From Mollicutes bacterium (GTDB lineage: Bacteria; Bacillota_I; Bacilli_A; RF39; UBA660), in contig JAAYOI010000007.1 of NCBI GenBank assembly GCA_012520435.1, forward strand, positions 964-64,963: DNA of 64,000 nt, written 5' to 3'. This document shows positions 57,949 through 64,000 of the stretch, piece after piece (within the stretch, counting starts at the first letter, position 1; every line of letters begins with the position of its first letter). The notes below the pieces were generated by a model. That model made no database searches and was not told the DNA's origin. It saw only the letters and a program-made list of their open reading frames with translations. The position numbers were made by a program, and so were the translations under genes.

Positions 57949-58581
57949 ATGAAATTATCGGCATCCTTTTTATCTATAAAAAATAATTTAAAAGAAAATA
58001 TTTTAAAATTAGATAAAACAACTATTGATTATTTACATTTAGATATTATGGATGGGGCCTTTGTTTCTAATAAAACTTGGAATATTAAGGAAATAAAAGA
58101 TTTATTAAAAAAGACAACTAAACCTCTTGATGTTCATTTAATGGTAAAAGATGTTTATAAATATATTGATGATTATAAAACAATTAAACCTACATATCTT
58201 ACATTTCATTATGAAGCAGCTAAAGATCCTTTAGAAATAATTAATTATATTAAAAAGAATAAAATTAAAGTAGGTATGTCGATAAAACCTAATACTTCAG
58301 TACAAGAAATATTTCCTTATTTATCACAACTTGATTTAGTTTTAGTTATGAGTGTTGAACCTGGTGAAGGTGGTCAAGATTTTCTTATATCAACTGTAAA
58401 CAAAATAAGATTATTAGATGAAATACGTAAAAATTATGAATATCATTACCTCATTGAAGTTGATGGTGGTATTAATGATGAAACTATTCAATATTGTATG
58501 TCAGCGGATATAATTGTAGTTGGAAGTTATATTACAAGTAGTGATGATTATCAAGGTCAGATAGATAAATTAAAAACATAA
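57949..58581 (+). CDS. rpe: ribulose-phosphate 3-epimerase
   Basis: LHLDIMDGAFVSN and the MSVEPGEGGQ TIM-barrel motifs. Confidence 0.85.
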   Translation: MKLSASFLSIKNNLKENILKLDKTTIDYLHLDIMDGAFVSNKTWNIKEIKDLLKKTTKPLDVHLMVKDVYKYIDDYKTIKPTYLTFHYEAAKDPLEIINYIKKNKIKVGMSIKPNTSVQEIFPYLSQLDLVLVMSVEPGEGGQDFLISTVNKIRLLDEIRKNYEYHYLIEVDGGINDETIQYCMSADIIVVGSYITSSDDYQGQIDKLKT

Positions 58582-58679
58582 TTTATTATTTTAAAAGGAA
58601 ATAATTCTTCATTATTTCCTTATTTTTTTATATTATTGTTTTAGAAGGTAATATATGTTAAAATTGAAATGTAAGTGAG

Positions 58680-60071
58680 ATGAGGAATATGGAATATAAT
58701 GTAGGAATTATTGGTTGTGGACCAGCTGGTATTTTTAGTACATTAGAATTATTAAAACATGATCCTAATATGAAAATTGTTATGTTTGATAAAGGAAAAA
58801 GTATAAAAGTAAGGAGTTGTCCTAAAAAGAAAACTGTTCAATGTGTTAGTTGTAAACCATGTAATATTGCATGTGGTTTTGGTGGAGCGGGTGCTTTTTC
58901 GGATGGGAAATTATCTTTATCGAAAGATGTTGGTGGCTGGTTAGAAGATTATGTTGGAACTGAAAAAATCGAAGAATTAATTAAATATATTGATAATATA
59001 TATCTTGATTATGGTGGCAATATAAAAATTGCTTATAATAAAGAATTTGCTGAAAAAATAGAATATGAATGTAGTAAATATGGTTTAAAATTTGTTAAGT
59101 GTCCGATTAGACATCTTGGAACGGAAGCTAATGCCATAATTTTAGATAAAATGTATGATTATATTATTAGTCATAAAAATGTTGAAGTTGTTTTAAATAC
59201 TGAAGTTTTAGATGTTAAACTAAATGGTCCTATTAAAAAAATTATTACTAAAAATAAAGAATATTTATGTAAAAATATTATTTTTGCCGTAGGTCGTAGT
59301 GGTTCTCAATGGTTATATGATATATGTAAAGAAAATAATATTGAAACAATTAATAATCAAGTTGATATTGGAGTTAGAGTAGAATTACCAAGATCCATTA
59401 CTGATCATTTAACTAACGAATTATATGAATTTAAAATATATAACACTTCTAAAACAACTGAAAATATTGTTAGAACATTTTGTATGAATCCTGGTGGATT
59501 TGTTACCCAAGAAAATTATGATGATGATTTAGCATGTGTTAATGGTCATAGTTATCAATCTCAAAAGAGTAATTTAACTAATTTTGCTTTATTAGTATCA
59601 TCACATTTTACTGAACCTTTTGATGAACCAATTGAATATGGTAAGTATATTGCAAGGTTAGGTAATATGCTTACGGGTGGTAAAATTATGGTTCAAAGAT
59701 TATATGATTTAAAACGTGGGCAAAGATCAACAATGAAAAGAATAAGTAAATTAACTTATCAACCAACTTTAAAAGATGCGGTGCCTGGGGATTTATCTTT
59801 TGTTTTGCCAGCTAGAATTCTTAATGCTATCTTAGAAACATTTGATGTATTAGAAAATATTTGTCCAGGTATATCAGGAAAAGAAACAATTCTTTATGGT
59901 GTTGAAGTAAAATTTTATTCATCTAAAATAAAGGTTAATAATAATTTAGAAACAGTTATTAAAGGTGTTTATGCGATTGGTGATGGAGCTGGTATTACTA
60001 GAGGATTAATGCAAGCATCGATTAGTGGTGTGATGGCTGCAAGAAGTATTGTTGAAAGTAATAATTATTAA
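58680..60071 (+). CDS. NAD(P)/FAD-dependent oxidoreductase (COG2509-type, uncharacterised FAD-dependent dehydrogenase)
   Basis: N-terminal Rossmann GIIGCGPAGIFS. Cys-rich insert (CPKKKTVQCVSCKPCNIACGFGGAG). C-terminal AIGDGAGITRG. Confidence 0.6.
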   Translation: MRNMEYNVGIIGCGPAGIFSTLELLKHDPNMKIVMFDKGKSIKVRSCPKKKTVQCVSCKPCNIACGFGGAGAFSDGKLSLSKDVGGWLEDYVGTEKIEELIKYIDNIYLDYGGNIKIAYNKEFAEKIEYECSKYGLKFVKCPIRHLGTEANAIILDKMYDYIISHKNVEVVLNTEVLDVKLNGPIKKIITKNKEYLCKNIIFAVGRSGSQWLYDICKENNIETINNQVDIGVRVELPRSITDHLTNELYEFKIYNTSKTTENIVRTFCMNPGGFVTQENYDDDLACVNGHSYQSQKSNLTNFALLVSSHFTEPFDEPIEYGKYIARLGNMLTGGKIMVQRLYDLKRGQRSTMKRISKLTYQPTLKDAVPGDLSFVLPARILNAILETFDVLENICPGISGKETILYGVEVKFYSSKIKVNNNLETVIKGVYAIGDGAGITRGLMQASISGVMAARSIVESNNY

Positions 60072-60175
60072 TTTAAAAATGCAATTACTATATTGCATTT
60101 TTTTATGGAATAAAGTTAAAAATTTTGATATAATTAAATAGTACAATAATAAAATAGGAAGAAAGAGTGAAAAAG

Positions 60176-63100
60176 ATGAAGAAAATAATGATTGTTGATG
60201 GTAATGAAGCATGTAGTTATAATGCTTATATGTTTACTGAAGTAGCAGGTATCTATCCCATTACACCATCTAGTCCTATGGCTGAACATTTGGATGAATG
60301 GAGTAGCCAAGGACGTTTAAATATTTTTAATGATAAAGTTAAGGTTGTAGAAATGCAAAGTGAAGCAGGAGCAGCGGGAATGGTTCATGGTTCATTACAA
60401 GCTGGCGTTTTAACAACCACTTTTACTTCTAGTCAAGGATTATTATTAATGATACCTAATATGCATAAAATGGCAGGGGAATTATTACCGGCTGTCTTTC
60501 ATATTGCTGCTCGTTCTTTATCCAATCATGCTTTAAGTATTTTAGGGGATCATCAAGATATTTATTCGGTAAGACAAACAGGTTTTGCTATGCTTGCTTC
60601 ATCATCAGTTCAAGATGCAGGTTATTTATCAGCTATTGCCCATCTTTCGGCCATCAAATCATCAGTTCCATTCTTACACTTTTTTGATGGTTTTAGAACC
60701 AGTCATGAGTTACATAAAATTGAAGTTTTAGAAATAGATGATTATCGTGGGTTAATTGATTATGAGGCTTTAAAACGTTTTAGAGATAGAGCTTTACAAC
60801 CAGGTAAAGCAATTACCCGTGGAACTAATCAAAATGATGATATTTATTTTCAAGCAATGGAAGTAAGAAATAAATATTATGAAGAAGCTGTAGATGTTGT
60901 TAAATATTACATGGATGAAATAAATAAATTAGCGGGAACTAATTATGCACCATTTAATTATTATGGTGATCCGGTGGCTACTAAAGTTATTGTTGCAATG
61001 GGATCAGTTTGCGAAACCATTAAAGAAACAATCGATTACTTAAATACTAAGGGATATCATGTTGGTTTAATCGAAGTTCATTTATATCGACCATTTAGTT
61101 CAAAATATTTACTAAATGTTTTACCTAATTCTGTTAAAAAAATTGCCGTTTTAGATCGTACTAAAGAACCAGGTAGTATTGGCGAGCCATTATATTTAGA
61201 TGTTGTTGCCGCTTTAAAAGAAAAAGATTTAATGATTGTAGGTGGACGTTATGGATTATCAAGTAAAAATACGACTCCAGCCCAAATTAAAGCTGTTTAT
61301 GATATGTTAGAAAATAATCCTACTCATAATTTTACAATTGGTATTGAAGATGATCTTACTAATTTAAGTTTAAAAATAGATGATCATTTTAAAATTAATG
61401 GATCTCGTGAATTTTTAATTTATGGTTATGGCAGTGACGGTATGGTTAGTGCTTCTAAATCAATCATTAAAAATATAGGGGATAATACTAATAAGTATGT
61501 CCAAGGATATTTTCAATATGATTCTAAAAAATCAGGTGGTGTAACCTTAGGACATTTACGTTTTTCGGATAAATCAATTAAATCTACTTATTATGTAGAA
61601 AGTCCGGAATTAGTAGTTGTTACAAAAGATAGTTATTTAGATGAATTCGATTGTTTAAATGAAATAATTGATAATGGTACTTTTATTTTAAATACTGTTA
61701 AAACCAAAGAAGAAATAATAGAAACATTAAATGATGATATTAAGAAAAGAATAATTGAAAAAAATTTAAAATTTTATATCATTAATGCTTATGAACTTGC
61801 ACGTAAAGTTGGTTTAAAAAATAAAATTAGTACCATTATGGAAAGTGTTATTATGTATTTAACTAATATAATTGATTATAATAGTGCGAAAGAACATATG
61901 AAAAAGAATGTTCAAGAAAATTTTGGACGTAAAGGTGAAGAAGTTGTTAAAGCAAACTATTTAGCTATTGATGAAGCTATTAACTATTTAGAAGAAGTAA
62001 AAATTACGGAATATGGAATTTTTATTAATGGTAAAATAGATGAAAAAGATGTCTTTACCATGATAAATAGAAGAAAAGGAAATTTACTTCCAACTTCGGC
62101 TTTTGAAGAGTTACCTGATGGAACTTTTATTGGGGGAACAAGTGCTTTAGAAAAAAGATGTATTACTGATATTGTTCCAAAATGGATAAGTGAAAATTGT
62201 ATTCAATGTAATCAATGTTCATTTGTTTGTCCGCATTCGGTTATTAGACCATTTTTACTTAATCAAGAGGAATATGATAAAGCTCCCGAGTATATTAAAA
62301 ATAGATGCGTAAAACCAATTGAAAAGAATTTAAGTGAATATTATTATATTATTGGAGTTTCGATTAAAGATTGTACGGGTTGTGGTTTATGTATTAAAAC
62401 ATGTCCAGGTAAAGATGATGAAAAAGCTCTTATACCAGCTGAATTTGATCAAGAAATTAAAAATCATGAACAAGACATTTTTGATTATTTATTAAAAAAT
62501 ATTAGTTATAAAGGTGTTCATAATATTAATACAGTTAAAGGTAGTCAATTTAAAGAATCAAAATTAGAATTTCATGGAGCATGTGCGGGATGTGGACAAC
62601 CTGCTTATATTCGTTTATTAACCCAATTATTTGGTGAAAAAATAATAATTGCGAATGCAACGGGATGTTCATCTATTTATGGAGCTAGTGTACCATCAAT
62701 GCCATATACTATTCCTTGGGCTAGTTCCTTATTTGAAGATAATGCTGAATATGGATATGGTATGTTGGTTGCTAGTAATACCATACGTCATCGTATTAAA
62801 AATATTATGGAAAATAATATGGATAATCCGAATGCTGAATTATTTAAATTATGGTTAGATAATTATGATGATTATAAAATTACTAAAGAAGTATATGAAA
62901 AATTAGATTATAATACCGTTCCTCATGAATTAAAGGAATTAAAAGAATATTTAATTAGTCGTTCCATTTGGATGATTGGTGGCGATGGTTGGGCCTATGA
63001 TATAGGATTTAGTGGTATTGATCATTTGCTTGCTAGTAATGATGATGTTAATATCTTAGTCCTTGATACCCAAGTATATTCAAATACAGGTGGGCAATCA

Positions 63101-63595
63101 TCAAAGGCTAGTCCCATTGGTAGTATTGCTTCTTTCGCAACTAGTGGTAAAACCAACAATCGTAAAGATTTAGCGCGTATTGCTTTATCATATCCACATG
63201 TTTATGTTGCACAAGTTAATTTAGGCGCTAATCCAATGCAATTAATTAAAGCTTTTAATGAGGCTGAAAGTTATAAAGGACCGTCAATTATTATTGCTTA
63301 TACTCCTTGTATTGCTCATGGTATTAAAGGAGGATTAGAAGAAGCAATTGAAAATGAAAAATTAGCTACTAAATGTGGATATTTCTTAACATTTAGATAT
63401 AATCCTGTTGAAGCTAAATTTACTTTAGATAGTAAAGATGTTGACTTTAATTTATATGCTGAATTTTTAAATAATCAAACTAGATATTCAATGTTAAAAC
63501 GTGTTAATCCCGAAAAAGCACAAGAATTATTAGAAGCTAATAAGAAGGCAGCAATGAAAAGTTATGAATATTATAAAACTTTAAGTAATAATTAA
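60176..63595 (+). CDS. nifJ: pyruvate:ferredoxin (flavodoxin) oxidoreductase
   Basis: About 1140-aa single-chain PFOR. Ferredoxin 2x[4Fe-4S] motifs (CIQCNQCSFVCPH; CTGCGLCIKTCPG). TPP-binding GGDGWAYDIG. Start set at the MKKIMIV ATG. Confidence 0.92.
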   Translation: MKKIMIVDGNEACSYNAYMFTEVAGIYPITPSSPMAEHLDEWSSQGRLNIFNDKVKVVEMQSEAGAAGMVHGSLQAGVLTTTFTSSQGLLLMIPNMHKMAGELLPAVFHIAARSLSNHALSILGDHQDIYSVRQTGFAMLASSSVQDAGYLSAIAHLSAIKSSVPFLHFFDGFRTSHELHKIEVLEIDDYRGLIDYEALKRFRDRALQPGKAITRGTNQNDDIYFQAMEVRNKYYEEAVDVVKYYMDEINKLAGTNYAPFNYYGDPVATKVIVAMGSVCETIKETIDYLNTKGYHVGLIEVHLYRPFSSKYLLNVLPNSVKKIAVLDRTKEPGSIGEPLYLDVVAALKEKDLMIVGGRYGLSSKNTTPAQIKAVYDMLENNPTHNFTIGIEDDLTNLSLKIDDHFKINGSREFLIYGYGSDGMVSASKSIIKNIGDNTNKYVQGYFQYDSKKSGGVTLGHLRFSDKSIKSTYYVESPELVVVTKDSYLDEFDCLNEIIDNGTFILNTVKTKEEIIETLNDDIKKRIIEKNLKFYIINAYELARKVGLKNKISTIMESVIMYLTNIIDYNSAKEHMKKNVQENFGRKGEEVVKANYLAIDEAINYLEEVKITEYGIFINGKIDEKDVFTMINRRKGNLLPTSAFEELPDGTFIGGTSALEKRCITDIVPKWISENCIQCNQCSFVCPHSVIRPFLLNQEEYDKAPEYIKNRCVKPIEKNLSEYYYIIGVSIKDCTGCGLCIKTCPGKDDEKALIPAEFDQEIKNHEQDIFDYLLKNISYKGVHNINTVKGSQFKESKLEFHGACAGCGQPAYIRLLTQLFGEKIIIANATGCSSIYGASVPSMPYTIPWASSLFEDNAEYGYGMLVASNTIRHRIKNIMENNMDNPNAELFKLWLDNYDDYKITKEVYEKLDYNTVPHELKELKEYLISRSIWMIGGDGWAYDIGFSGIDHLLASNDDVNILVLDTQVYSNTGGQSSKASPIGSIASFATSGKTNNRKDLARIALSYPHVYVAQVNLGANPMQLIKAFNEAESYKGPSIIIAYTPCIAHGIKGGLEEAIENEKLATKCGYFLTFRYNPVEAKFTLDSKDVDFNLYAEFLNNQTRYSMLKRVNPEKAQELLEANKKAAMKSYEYYKTLSNN

Positions 63596-63606
63596 GGAGG
63601 TAATTT

Positions 63607-64000
63607 ATGGAAAGATCTTATGTTATGTTAAAACCAGATGCTTGTGAAAGAAAATTAATTGGACGTATTATTAGTCGAATTGAAGATAAGGGATATAAAA
63701 TTACTAATATGAAAATGATGTATTTGAATGAAAAAATTTTACGTGAACATTATGCTCATTTAGTTGATAAACCATTTTTTCCTAATCTCGTTGAATTTAT
63801 GACCTCAGGTCCAGTTGTTGGCATGATTGTTGAAGGTGAAGACGTAATAAAAGGTATTAGAATTTTAATGGGACCAACTAATTGGTATGAGGCTTTACCT
63901 GGAACAATAAGAGGGGATTTTGCTAATACTACAACTTGTAATTTAATTCATGGCTCTGATTCAGTTGAAAGTGCTGAAATCGAAATAAAAAGATTCTTTG
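63607..64000 (+). CDS. ndk: nucleoside diphosphate kinase (3'-truncated by the window end)
   Basis: SYVMLKPDACERKLIGRII...NLIHGSDSVESAEIEI includes the catalytic His (NLIHGSD). GGAGG RBS upstream. Confidence 0.88.
   Translation, partial: MERSYVMLKPDACERKLIGRIISRIEDKGYKITNMKMMYLNEKILREHYAHLVDKPFFPNLVEFMTSGPVVGMIVEGEDVIKGIRILMGPTNWYEALPGTIRGDFANTTTCNLIHGSDSVESAEIEIKRFF

Noticed and set aside
1-64000. Possibility that the organism uses translation table 4 (UGA=Trp), given the very low GC and Mollicutes-like look.
   Set aside because: All long conserved genes (ileS, pheT, uvrA, nifJ, clpC) are continuous with TGA as stop. TGG is used for conserved Trp positions. The Nudix break is not repaired by UGA=Trp, because a TAG follows.

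Overview
This is a 64-kb window from a very AT-rich (about 25-28% GC), standard-genetic-code Firmicute that can form endospores. Long ORFs are uninterrupted when TGA is read as a stop, so it is not a UGA=Trp Mollicute; the gene content and synteny resemble Erysipelotrichia- or Clostridia-like Bacillota. Almost all genes are on the + strand. Three islands of B. subtilis-like core synteny stand out: yqfC-yqfD-(VanZ)-ybeY-dgkA-cdd-era-yqzL-recO; sepF-divIVA-ileS; and rlmN-prpC-prkC-rsgA-rpe. Housekeeping genes include gltX, pheST, glyQS, ileS, uvrA, clpC, deoD, secG, murT/gatD, nifJ (PFOR) and ndk. Sporulation genes are scattered through the window: cse60 (missed by the ORF track), a SpoVB/YtgP-family flippase, yqfC/yqfD, an intact sigK with pro-sequence, a spoIIAA-sigF-spoVAC-spoVAD-spoVAEb block, and prkC. 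Three T-box riboswitch leaders precede pheS, glyQS and ileS. Small accessory stretches hold the more unusual content:
- a decayed type III toxin-antitoxin locus (toxI-like region, terminator, toxN/AbiQ ORF with two in-frame stops);
- a spoIIA-like operon with no spoIIAB and a SpoIIAA lacking the phosphorylatable serine;
- a single-ring ClpB-D2-type AAA+ protein with an unknown N-domain;
- an ABC exporter with degenerate ATPase motifs;
- two frameshifted genes (Nudix, EEP).
No rRNA, tRNA, CRISPR or obvious mobile element was seen.
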